Origin: Camelus dromedarius
Taxonomy: Eukaryota
NCBI RefSeq assembly: GCF_036321535.1
Contig: NC_087472.1
Span: 91,948,001-92,012,000, forward strand
Direction of reading: 5' to 3'
DNA length: 64,000 nt
The notes under the pieces are model-generated. The model made no database searches. It was not told the DNA's origin and was given only the letters and a program-made list of their open reading frames with translations. Below are positions 38,601-50,790 of the stretch, piece by piece. The translations under genes were made by a program, and so were the position numbers. Each line of letters opens with the position of its first letter. Positions within the stretch are counted from its first letter, which is position 1.

Positions 38601-40247
38601 AGAGAAATGAGACTTTTCAATGTGCCTACAATAAGCAAAACAAACCTATATTGACTGTAGCTGCTCCTATGTGAAGTATCATAGGAAGACAATGTGTGTC
38701 TGGTATTAAACAGCCGTATCTCAGTGACAGTGCATATGCTAAGCCCATTCAGAAGGATGCCTTTGGATACTAGTGAGCACAAAATATCATGCTGAGCCTA
38801 AGCAATTTTTAGAATACTTCTATATTAGCCAAATGGGTATTAAACATGTAATTAAAAATGTATGATTATTATTACTGTGCATTCAAATTTACTGTTGCCA
38901 TACTGAATATTTTAATAACTTCTTTCCCACAAACAGCACATGCAATATTATTGCAAGGCAAATTCATTTTAATTAGTCATGTTATAAACTATACCAGTGG
39001 CAATGCCCTGGCAGCCTAGCAGCTGGGAGAATACAGCCTCTACATTCACATGTAAATAACCAGGAATGACAACTGAGGAATCATTGATAAAAAAAAAGCA
39101 TAGAACCATTGCTATTAACTTCACACTTAAAAGCAGTTGAGAGCTGAGTTGTACCTGTTAAAATAAGGAAAACCACTCTGAAGCCAAGGAAGACAATGTT
39201 TTTTTCTCCTGCCTGTTTTATTCCACTTGAGAACAAAGAATATAATAAATGTACCACATAACCCATTGCATGAAACAAAGGAAGCACAAAAGATGATTTT
39301 TTTCCCACTTTGCTGTCACTTGAATGAGTGGAGGGCTCGTTTACTGTAATAGTAATTTTAATTAGTTTCCAGTTGATAGTCTTGTTCTTGTTTAAGTATC
39401 TCATTCTCCAGCAGGCTGATGAGCTCTGTTCACAGGCATGTGCTGACTTGGCCAGAGAGAGCAAATCTACTTATTGATGGCAGAAAGGCCATAAAACAGA
39501 CTGCCTCACCATGACAGGGCTCTGAGTGATGATAAAAAAAAAAAATGTGTGCTCCTACCACTAGGTCCAGCCCAGAGCAGGGGCCTACCTGCTAACACAC
39601 AGGAAGTTTTTTTTTTCTTTTTTCTATTTTAATACTACAGCTAAATGGGGAATACACCACATGACTTGGACAAAGAAAATTCATTTTTTAAAATTCAGGG
39701 AAAATTATTAATTTTTTAAAAAGAAGCATCAATATGTGTCTGGTGCTTCCAGTCTCCCTTCTTTGTGTCCTCCAGCTCTAACACATGCTGAGATTGGTAA
39801 ACCCTCTGCCTCATTGCTTTCTCTGGAGACTGATCCTTAAAAACGACTCTGGATATCAACAATTCAAATTAAGTTTAAAAAGGTGGCATCTCATCAGAGT
39901 CACTTGAATTTTATTACTTTCATCTCTTTGCAAATTGGAAAGTCTGTCTCCTAGGAAAAGCTAGTAAAGGTGCTTCTTCCTTAAAACCACTTGTTGCCTA
40001 TTACTCAGAGGCAAAAAGAAAGCAATCCTCTGTACATATAATTCTTTCTTATAGCTACACCCATATCTTATCTTCTCCAAGTATAGAAATGCAAGCAACA
40101 CTTGAAGATGTAAAGCTCTTTTAAAAGTAGCCTTGGTGTTTAATATGTGTGGCTCATTACATGTTAGTATAGGTTTTTCTCCAGTTTGTGTCCATGAAAA
40201 TCCATACAACTTCAATAGGGAAAATATGCAAAGAATTTTTTAATACT

Positions 40248-40995
40248 AGAAAAGAACCCTCCTGCACTGCTGGTGGGAATGTAGTTTGGTGTAGCCATTA
40301 TGGAAAACAGTATGGAGGTTCCTCAGAAAACTAAAAATAGACTTACCCTATGATCCAGCAATCCCACTCCTGGACATATATCTGGAAAGAACTCCAACTC
40401 ATAAAGATACATGCACCCCAATATTCACAGTAGCACTATATACAATAGCCAAGACATGGAAGCAACCTAAATGTCCACTGACAGATGACTGGCTAAAGAA
40501 GTTGTGGTATATTTATACAATGGAATAATACTCCGCCATAAAAAAGAATGAAATAATGCCATTTGCAGCAACATGGATGAAGCTAGAGACATCATTCTAA
40601 GTGAAGTAATTCAGAAAGAGAAAGAAAAATACCATATGATATCATTCATATGTGGAATTTTAAAAAAAAGAAAAGAAAAAAGAGGACACTAATGAACTCA
40701 TCTACAAAACAGAAACAGACTTGCAGACATAGTAAACAATCTTATGGTTACTGGGGGAAAGGGGATGGGATGGGCTAAATTTGGGAGTTTGAGATGTCAA
40801 ATACTAACTACTATATATAAAAACAGATAAAAACCAAATTTCTTCTGTATAGCACAGGGAACTATATTCAATATTTTGTAATAACCTTTAATGAAAAAGA
40901 GTATGAAAATGAATATATGTACATATATGCATGACTGGGACATTACACTATACACCAGAAACTGACACATTGTAAATGACTATAATCAATAAAAA
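40248..40995 (+). mobile_element. Young L1 3' end (artiodactyl/camelid type)
   Basis: gaaccctcctgcactgctggtgggaatgta...atgccatttgcagcaacatggatg...cattgtaaatgactataatcaataaaaa; candidate TSD aagaattttttaat / aaaaatttttaat. Confidence 0.93.
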
Positions 40996-43324
40996 TTTTT
41001 AATTTGTTTTCTATCTCGTTCACAGCATATTTTGGGGGCCTTTATAATATTAAAACTATAATTTACATAATTCAATCTTATAGTGGAGATGTTTAAGGTT
41101 TTTTATTTCCTTTTCTCACTTATTCACTAAAGACACAAGTTGAATTTATGTATTTCCTTTGAGAATTAATACTATTACATATATGTAGTTGTAAACTTAT
41201 CATTTGTAATATTTCTCCATTTTCATTCCAATATTTGTGTAAAGTTTACAGTATACAGTATTATGTACTATTATTTTGAAGAAAAAATATTGGTGGCTTC
41301 TTTGTCACAGCTTTCATTTTACAAAATTAGAAACTACCTTGATGTCCTGAAACAGAAACAAATGTAACACAGATTAATTTTCTGTTTGCTTTACTGTCTA
41401 GGCTGAACAGACCAGAAATCTTATATTTATTACTAACCGTTCTTTTGGGCCTCATATCAATAACTAGAAGTCATATGTGGCAGTTAAAACTTAAGAATGT
41501 CAATTCAAACAACAGTTAACATTATAATTATTATAAATCACATGAATTTATTTTACATATGTTTACTGTTACTATGATTGTTTTATTTTGATGGCATTAG
41601 ACTTTTCCTGAGCTCACAGTCAACTTTTCTTATAAAACCCGTAAATACTGCCACAAAAAATTTCAGTTTCTGCTTTTCTTTATTTCAAGAATGAGAAAAT
41701 CACAGAAAAGCTAAAATCCACAATACTAGAGTCCTTAAAACAATATTTACATGTTTTATTTGCATAATTAATATAGTATTGTGCAAAAGATATTCAAGAC
41801 TGATATAATATTCTTCAAAGCCAAGAGAAAGAAAGGACATTTGAAACTAACACACAAAAGCTAGAAGAACAAAGATCACTGACCTCCACTAAATAATTTA
41901 TGTTATTAAAGTATTCTCTCATATTATCATGATGGGCCCATTTAATTAAGTTAAAGAAAAGAGAGTTTTGCTTTAAAAAAATTTTTTTCTCATCACTTTA
42001 CGGTTTGGTCTTAAAGCTCTGAGTAATGACATACAGGTTATTTTTCTCAGTGAGACACACTCCCTTGTGACAGTTTTTGACAAACAATGTCCGGATAACA
42101 AGGTATGCAGGAGTGACACTGAGGGATGATAATGTGTTCAGTGTAGCCTTCTGAGCAATTACCTGCTCCCAATTAAATTGTGCTGGTACTGAATATCCAA
42201 AAAGGCAGATCAGAAATTGACCTTCATTGTCCATCTTTATCTGGAAGTGAAACTCCTGCTCACTCCATTTCATAATTACCATCAAAGCAAAATTCCTATC
42301 AGTTGCTAAGCTTCATACATGCTTCAATTTCCTGGAGAGCAGAAAAACCAAAGCTCTTGCTTTGTTTTGTTTACCACTATATTGCAATATAATAAAGTAA
42401 CAAATGGACACTAATTTCCAAACTTAAATCACCAATGACTTTAATCATTGATTTCTCTCTCTCTCTTTTTCCATTTGAGGCTCATTTTTAAGATCATCTT
42501 TGATTTTCAATGACATAGCTTCAAATATGCCTCTTAAATAGTATTTTTCTTTTGTGTAGATGAATCATCTCAATAGTTTAGCTTCTAAAGAATTCTTTTA
42601 CTCAAATTCAAGGAGTAATTTTTCAAAAGAGATACATTTCACAGAAATGTTTTTGATAAGTTTTTTTCTTTATAAAATACCAAACTATTTGTCCTAGAAG
42701 AGAGCTACTGACAACAGAAGGAGACTTTAGTTTGCTTTAAGGAGCAGAGAGTTAGCATTTATAATATCATGGGAGCCTAGTTTTCTTCTTTTGTATCTCC
42801 ACTGCACATTAACTTGCATTTAAATGCATGCCAAAATTCTAAGTAATTGTTTCGACCATTTGAAAAGTCGTACTTTCAAAGCTCTAAGAATTTTGAGCAG
42901 ATTTGATGAATTTCAAAATGTTCCTCTAATTAGTGATATAATTTAGATTGCTCATGGATTAGGCATCAACAGTGTATTTTTTAATCAGGTGGAAGAAAAA
43001 CAGAAACAAGTATTCATAAAAGCAATTCCTCCTGGGCCAAAATATTATAGAGGATGTTACCAGTTTTCTCAAGACTGGGTTTAGTGCCTGAAAAACTTTC
43101 CAAGTGAAATTCCTTGAGACCTATGTTTGAGGATGTATTATGGTAATATTTTTGAAATAATTATGATAAAAATAAGTTTGGGCTGATAGACATTGTGTTT
43201 ACTGCTGAACTATAAGATTAACAGTCAGTGAAACAGATGTGAGAAAATTATGTACATAAAATTGACAACTGTGAAAATAGGAATAACTAACTTGGCTAGG
43301 AGTGGGTGGGATAAGCAGGGGAGT

Positions 43325-43560
43325 GGGTACTTAGGCGATGAAAGGCAATGTTCTAAGGGCTTCAGGTGCATTAATCATTTAATCCTCACAGTAAAACTTT
43401 CCTTTGGCACCATTAATATGCTTATTTCACAAATGAGAAGTAATTGGAGCACAAATAGGTTAAATTATTTACCCAGAGTTACTTAGGTAACGAGTGGCCA
43501 CTTTGGCTTTCAAACAGGGCAGCCTGGTTCTGCAACTGGGTCTTTGATCAGTATATAATA
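43325..43560 (-). mobile_element. MIR
   Basis: cattaatcatttaatcctcaca...atttcacaaatgagaag...aggttaaattatttaccc. Confidence 0.85.
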
Positions 43561-43782
43561 GTGCTGATAATTACGTTTTTTTAGATTCAATAAAAATGCA
43601 GCCAAATCAAGGCTGGCCTTACACACACAGCCTTGCCTACATGGTGTGATTTAGGGAATGCTGGCAAGGGGCTTATCTCTCAAATTTTCTTTACCTTTTG
43701 CCTAAAATTGAAACTTTATAGAGATTTTTTAGGGAGGAAGTATTTGGATTAGGGAACGTTAACCAATAAAAAGATCCTCTGA

Positions 43783-43950
43783 TACTGTTTAACGGGCACA
43801 GGGTTTCAGTTGGGAAGGTGAAAAAGTTCTGAAGATGGGTGATGGTGACGGTGGCACAGCAATGTAAATGTACTTAGTATCACTGAACTGTACACTTTAA
43901 AATGGCTAAAATGGTAAGAAAAAATTATGTTACATATATTTTAGCACAAG
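43783..43950 (+). mobile_element. L1MB 3' terminus
   Basis: tttaacgggcacagggtttcagttggg...cactgaactgtacactttaaaatggctaaaatggtaa; flanked on both sides by cctctga. Confidence 0.9.
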
Positions 43951-43957
43951 ACATAGC

Positions 43958-44130
43958 CTCTGATTTCAGATTCTGAAATTCGAATTCTAGATCCATAACT
44001 TATTAGCAATGTACATATAAAAAACATAGTTTCTCTAAGTTTCTGTGTTCTCTTCTGCAAAGTGAAGAGAATAAAGGAATTTACAACCCAGCGTGGTTGA
44101 GTATGAATACGTTGATTGCAATGTCATCCA
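43958..44130 (+). mobile_element. MIR fragment
   Basis: ttcgaattctagatccataacttattagc...tctcttctgcaaagtgaagagaataa. Confidence 0.55.
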
Positions 44131-44214
44131 AATCTAGGTGACAGTTGTGTTCCCTCAGGGGCACTCGATCCACAGTGGGCAATCAACATGTTAAATAAGA
44201 AATCCATGTATAGT

Positions 44215-44335
44215 TTATCACAATGCCTGAGGTGATTGGTTTACAAAGGTTATTTTTACACTCATTCTTAAATACAGTACCTGGAACTGTATTTGGCATA
44301 TAGTAAGCGCTTCTGTGGAATGAATGAATGAGTAA
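44215..44335 (+). mobile_element. L2 3' tail
   Basis: cagtacctggaactgtatttggcatatagtaagcgct...gaatgaatgaatga. Confidence 0.8.
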
Positions 44336-44347
44336 TTCATTATGTAT

Positions 44348-44555
44348 TCCTTTTAATTGAAGTATAGTCAGTTTACAATGTTGTGTTAATTTCTGGTGTA
44401 CAGCATAGTGATTCAGTTATATATATATACACACACACATATTCCTTTTCATATTCTTTCTCATTATAGGCCATTACAAGGTACTGAATGTATTTCCCTG
44501 TGCTCTACAGTAGGATCCTGTTGTTTATCTATTTCATATATAGTAGTTAGTATTA
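44348..44555 (-). mobile_element. Short artiodactyl-type L1 3' end
   Basis: ttgaagtatagtcagtttacaatgttgtgttaatttctggtgtacagcatagtgattcag. Confidence 0.92.
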
Positions 44556-44690
44556 TTTTTATATATTAGATTACTTTAGCATGATCATACATCTTGGTAT
44601 ACAACCTCCCCCATTTTTCTTGGACAAGTGGGCAAAGCAGATACTAAATGGTTTGTCTAATTCTCCCTTATTTAGGGTTGGCCAGGTTCC

Positions 44691-45240
44691 CAGTATTCCT
44701 CAAAATCTAAACATGTAAGCCCTAAATCAGTATGTCTGCAATTTCAGTGAAATCATCTGGAGAACTTATTAAAAATAGAAATTTCAGGACCCACCCAGAG
44801 ATCTTATGATCAGCTGGGGCCCAGTTTCTCCATTCTTAAGAGTCCCAGGTGAGTTTAATGGAGTTCATGGGTAGACTATTAAAAACATTAAGTTAAACAT
44901 TTTACTTCGAAATAACTGTAGATTCATGCAGTTACAAGAGATAATACAGAGGGATTCCATTCCATGTATCTAGCTTTCCTCAGTATAAGCTCTTACAAAA
45001 CCATAGTGCAATAACATAACCAGGATATTGACAATGACACAATTCATCAGTGTTAAGCAAACTGTATTTTGACAACTGATCTAATAATCACTAACACTGT
45101 GGCTTCACATTAGAAAGCTTTATAAAAAAAATAAACAGGTCCCAGATACAGACCAACTAATTCACAATCACTGAGGTTAAGGACTGGGCACCCCCCTGCC
45201 CCAGTGATTCTCATATAGAGCCGAGGTAAAAGCTATTGTT
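44691..45240. mobile_element. Cluster: hAT-Charlie/MER5-like element (44691-~45080) with an antisense L1MC 3' end inserted (~44890-45048), followed by a MER5B-like copy (~45090-45237)
   Basis: aatcatctggagaacttattaaaaatagaaatttcaggacccaccc; aaaaccatagtgcaataacataaccaggatattgacaatgacacaat; ccagtgattctcatatagagccgagg. Confidence 0.65.
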
Positions 45241-46604
45241 ACTGTGACAATCAGTGCCTTCCTGACTATGAAGCCAGGCTTGGAAGATGGAAGTCACCCC
45301 AAGTATTAACAGTGAAGACAGCCCAATAAGTTTTTGTCCTAGAAATGCGTGTTTTGCTCATTTTCAAGACTTAGCAAGTGTGGCTAACTGGAAATCTAGA
45401 AACAGCAGCATTTAAGCTGTTACAGTGGTAAAAGAACTGGCCATTACCCCAAGGGAAATGATAGATTTCCCACCAACCACTATATAAAGACCATTGTGCT
45501 CAATATAAAGGGTTCAGCAATAATTTTGGCATAGCCTCTTTTGTAATTATATATCAATTATTCCACCACTGGGTGGAAAATAACTCTTTTTGAAAATATT
45601 TAAATGTGATCATCGAAAACCTATTCTTCATTCCTTTTATATTTTAGGAAAGTAAGCTTTTCTATTCATTGTGCTACATATATTTCAAGCTGTGTGCCTA
45701 ATATAGCACCTAGCATTTGCAATCAAGAAATCAACAACTATGGTTAATAAAATATTACTCCTGCCATAATTTGTAGTAACTATAATGTTTTTTAAGTACA
45801 AACTACTGCAAGGGTTTTTTCCCTTCCTTTAGGTATCTTGCAATATACCTACCATATATACTGAGTAAATATGGTGGCAGTATTGGTCTAATTAGATAAT
45901 TCTAGTGACCTCCAAGGAAAAGAAATGTGGTGCAGTATAAGGCAGTTATGTAAGCCATTTGAGCATGTGTTCTATCTATCAATAATAACCATTTCAAAAA
46001 GGCAATATTATCATCAGCTGCAAAGGACAATAGTAAATCCGTGAAATGTCGTAATTATTTTTCAGGTTATGTATCACATATTGAAATCCCCAACAGCTTA
46101 AAAGATCTTACAACAACCACATATATAACCATTAAATTGCAGCACCAATTAAAATAATGAAAACAATTACACCGTTAGTGTCTGAAGGTAATATGAAGAG
46201 AACTAGGTGGTTTTCTGAAATGCCATATCCTCAAAATAAGTTACAACCCACTGAAGCCTAATGAACTCTTCACGACACTCATGTCCAATGCAATTATACT
46301 TCTTTACTGTCCTTTAGTTTATCTTTGGTCTCTAGAGTTTAGTTGTTAAAATAAGTCAAAGATGGACACTTTGTGCCTATTAACCCCAGAGTACATTTCC
46401 ATGGCCTGCAGGTAATTCTCAGGATGTTTAACCTTTGCATTAGTATCAGAGGAAAACATTGTTAGTGTGCTCTCTTAATAAGTAACAGTAACTACTTCAG
46501 GACAACATGATATACAGTTTTGTTTTGTTCTGTTTTCTATACTGATGATGGCAAATATTTCACACTTGTGTAAATGGATGATAGAAGACTTGTATTTCCA
46601 TTTT

Positions 46605-46690
46605 CAGTTTCCTTCCTTCCTTCCCTCCTTCCTTTCTTTTTCCCTTCCACCCTCCCTCTCTTCCCCTTCCCTTTTTCTATTTTTCTTGCC
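46605..46690 (+). repeat. (CCTT)n-like pyrimidine tract
   Basis: Directly visible. Confidence 0.85.
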
Positions 46691-47826
46691 TTATTTTGTA
46701 ATATAATTTTCATATACTCATACAATCTCTCAAATTGGAAGACAGGAAAATCTTTGGCTAGTATCAACCTTAAACAATTTTCATCAATTTGGTAGAGTCT
46801 TAAGAACAACGATTAATCCATCAGAAAAAAAAAAAGAATGAAACAGTGATAGATTAAGTTAAGTTTAAATCTTCAGCAATTCCTTGATTCTTGAAGGGAA
46901 AGCCTACTTGAAGATTAGTTAGATATTTGAGAGAGAGATAAGCAAAGCAAAGAAATAATAATACATGTTCCATGTTTGGGGTTATCGGTTCCACTGCTTT
47001 CTTCATTTGTTTTATTAATCAAAATGATTGCATTTTTTCTCACTCTCTTTTGCTATCTTCCATGATTATACATGTTGAGAAAAGAAAAAGCTCTTTATTT
47101 CTGACCCTATTCTTCCTCCTAATATAAGAAAACAAAATTAAAATTGGAATACTTCATCATTAAACATTTTACAGATCTAATTTTACCTACAGATATTTGT
47201 ATTGAACAACTTGTCCATTTCACATGTGTTATAGTATTTTAAAACTACAAATGTATATTTTCATATATATTTTTCTAATTGACTCTCCATTTTAATAACT
47301 TTGATGTGGTTAGGGAAAAAAAACTCTATGCATCAGTTTTATCGCTATAATATTTTCAAAAGTTGAAAGACCCACTAGAAACTAAGAGACTTTTTGTTTA
47401 AAGTTATTTTTCTAAAATATGTATCACTTGAGTCATATAATATAGGTAAAATACTTGATATTTCTGTTGAGTATTTGGTATATACTTTCCCAGCAGCAAT
47501 CAAGTGTTACTTAGCCCATGGACCATCTGCCCTCTTGATATGGCTTGCATAATTTGAAATCGAATAAAAGAAATTTCATGAAGAACAGAACGGAAAGAAA
47601 TAGCTCCCAGATCTCTTAGTACTTCCCACTAGTTTATGAACCACTTAACCAAGATTTTATTGAGATTTCTAAGAAGAATAATTCTATTGCTAAGGCTGAA
47701 GAGGGTTAGAGTCAAATTGATTCTATACCTTAAACTTCATCAAGAGCTTATAATCTTACGAGCTGTGCAGCTGCTTGTCTTTTCACATTTTTCTTATACT
47801 TTAAAAATATTATTTTATTTTAGTTA

Positions 47827-48278
47827 TATAGTAGTTTCCTAGGGTTTCTATAACAAAGTACCAAAAACTAAGTAGCTTAAAACAACAGAAATGTATTGTC
47901 TCAGAGTTCTGGAGGCTACAAGTTCAAGATCAAGGCATTTACAGAGCCATGTTTCCTCTGAAACCTGTAGGGGAATCCTTCCTGGCTTCTTCCTAGCTTC
48001 TGGTGTTTTGCCAGCAATCACTGGCATTTCGCGATTTGCACCTGCATAAATGCAGCCTCTGCCTCCGCCATCCCGTGGCATTCTCTGTGTCTATATGTCT
48101 CTTCTCTTCTCTTAAGGACAGTAGTCAGGGTCGATTAAGAGCCCACGCTACTCTAGTGTAACCTCACCTTGAGTGATTACATCTGCAATGACCCTATTTC
48201 AAATAAGGTCATATTCTGAGGTACTAAGGGTAAGGATTTCAATATATTATTTTGGAAGAAATAATTTAGCCCTTAACA
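47827..48278 (-). mobile_element. MLT1C-like MaLR solo LTR, near full length
   Basis: tagtttcctaggg...gcttaaaacaacagaaatgtattgtctcagagttctggaggct...attacatctgcaatgaccctatttcaaataaggtcatattctgaggtact...ccttaaca. Confidence 0.93.
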
Positions 48279-48565
48279 AATTCTAAAAGTGAAATGTACT
48301 TATTCAACATAATTCTAGCAATATAAAAGTCTGCAAAATAACAAATGAAGGTAACATCCTCAGCCTTCTCCCAAACTCTGGAAATTATCTTTGTTACAAG
48401 TCTACTGTGTACACTTCCAATTTTTCCTTATATGTAAACATATAGATGAACTAAGTATACATACTTTTTTTTCTTTGCAAAAGGCAATTAAGGCTCTCTA
48501 CACTTTTCTCCATTGCTTTTTTCACTTAATTACACGCCATGGACAACTTTCTATGTTAGTACAGT
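48279..48565 (-). mobile_element. L1ME-like 3'UTR fragment
   Basis: ttgcttttttcacttaat...catggacaactttctatgttagtaca. Confidence 0.65.
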
Positions 48566-48569
48566 AGGA

Positions 48570-48828
48570 AGTAACAATGATTGATACTCAGTGAGGGTCC
48601 AACATATGATAGGTTTCTTTTAACTGATTTCCATGAATTATTTTATTTAATATTTGCAGCAGTCCTATGATATTGGTCTGATTATTATCTCCACTTTACA
48701 AATCAGTAAGTCAATGCACAGAAAGGTTAAATAACTTGCCCGAGGCTACACAGATAGTAAGTGGCAGACTTGGGTTTTCACCCTATAGTCTGATGCTAAA
48801 GCCTATGATCTTAACCACTACCCCATAT
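48570..48828 (-). mobile_element. MIR (MIRb-like)
   Basis: attattatctccactttacaaat...gcacagaaaggttaaataacttgcccgaggctacacagatagtaagtggcaga...cttaaccacta. Confidence 0.92.
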
Positions 48829-49054
48829 TAGCCACATGGCATTTCATTTTATAGTTGCCTTTCATTTTAAGAAACTTAAAAATAAGAGACAAATCTGTCA
48901 CTTTGTGATGTCACTCAAAGAAGACTGCCTTTTGTACCTAACTAAAGTGAATGCATCGCTCAAATGTTAGATTATTTGATGTTAAGTACCTCCAGGAGAT
49001 ACTGTTTCCAGATAATTTCATGTACTTAATAGCTGTAGTTTTATTCACTTTTAA

Positions 49055-50790
49055 ACATTTATTATTTCACATTTAATGAGCACTTTCTTTGGAATGCCAA
49101 CCTATCAGATGCTGGAAAAATAAATTTCAATTCTGTTTTCAAAGTCCTGGTGGAGGAGAAAGCTATGTGAACAAATAATTAAAAGGTAATGTTAGAGGTA
49201 CAGTGGGAGTTAAAAAAAAAAGAGTAACTTTGGGGTAGGTTGATCAGAGAAATCTTCGTTGAGGAAATGAAGTCTTGACAATAGAGATGAGCCTTCAAAA
49301 ATCTGCACAAGTGTTGTTTAGATGAATGTAGGTGGAGGAAATTAGGGTTGGAGGATGTGGTAGGCAGTTTCCAAAATGACTCCCAATAATCTCACTTCCT
49401 GGTATTTGTGTCTTTGTATAATCTCCTCCCTTTTAGTGTGGGCCAAACCTAGTGACTTGCTTCTACCCAATAGAATAAGGTGATGGGATGTCACTTTTGT
49501 GTTAAGGTTACAGAAGATTGTGACTCTCTCCCCGTAGGCTTTGATGACACAGCCGCCATATTTGTAAAGGAGGGGTCTATGGGCAAGCCTACAAGGCAGG
49601 GAACTGAGGGAGTTCTCCAGGTAACAGCCAGTTAGAATTTGAGCCTCAAGGAATTAAATTCTGTTACAACTACTGAATGAGCTTGAAAGTAGATCCTTCC
49701 CCAGATGAGACTTCAGTTGAGACCTGAGTCCTGACAGGCACCTTGATTACAGCTTTCAAGATATCCTGAAGCAGAGGACCCAGCAAAGCCTCACCTGAAT
49801 TCCTAAACTATAGAAACTGTGAGATAATAAATGTGTGCTGTTTTAAGTCTAAGTTTGTGGTAACTTTTTCTCCAGCAATAGATAACTAATACAGTAGATT
49901 TTCTAAGCAGAGAGGACTAAGTAAAACATACAACAGAGACACAAGTGTGAAACATTTTGCTATGCTTTGTACTCTACTTGTTGAAAGTTAGAGCAAAAAG
50001 GTGTTCAAGCTTAAAATTGAGCCTGGAAAGGGAGACCAATGTGACCACGAGGGTTACTCATGCCATGCTAATGAGCTTGGACCTCAGGCAGTGAGGTATT
50101 ATTGGAGGCTGGAAATAACAAAATCAGTTCAGTTTTTTGTGGTGGGAGGAAAACATTCTCTTGAAGCCAGGATTAGAGATGTGCAAGAATGAAGGCAGGG
50201 AGCCTTTTGGGATAGTGATGGTGGACAGCTGATGGGAACCTTCTGGGTGAGAAGACACAGAATAGAGTTGAGAGTGTTTAAGAGGTCGACTCACTAGGTT
50301 TTAATGAATGGGAACGTTGAGTGAGGACAATACGGTCTAGGATGATTCCTGGGAATTTTGCTCCATGACCGCATGAATTTTGGAGCCACATATTAGGAAA
50401 AGCCAATTTGGGTGGAAGATAATGTGATTACTTTATACAGGTTGAATTTCAGTTATCAGTGGGAGATGACTCATGGCTGTTGATGTATAAGCCTGGAAGT
50501 CAAGAAAGAGATCTTGCTTGGAGAATATATGGGGAGTAGTGAACACATGTGAAGGCATAACATTTTCAGTAACATAAAGTAAAATGAAAAAAGAAGAGAA
50601 CACAAGACAAACCATGGAATCAACATTTAATGGAGGAACAGAATACAAAGGACTAGACAAGGAGACTAAAAAGTAATAGAGAAAAAGTTGGAGAACCAAG
50701 AGAGTGTGGGAGGCAGGAAGGAAAACATGTCAAGAGGACAGTGGTCAAGAGTGTCAAATGCTTTTGTGAAGTCATAAGTGATAAGAAATG
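49055..50790 (-). mobile_element. L2 split by an MLT1 LTR (49356-49893)
   Basis: catttaatgagcactt; tgccatgctaatgagcttggac; aggttgaatttcag; ggtcaagagtgtcaaatgct. Confidence 0.85.
49356..49893 (+). mobile_element. MLT1E/F-like MaLR solo LTR, full length
   Basis: TG...CA termini: tgtggtaggcagtttccaaaatg ... aactgtgagataataaatgtgtgctgttttaag...gcaatagataactaataca. Confidence 0.92.
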
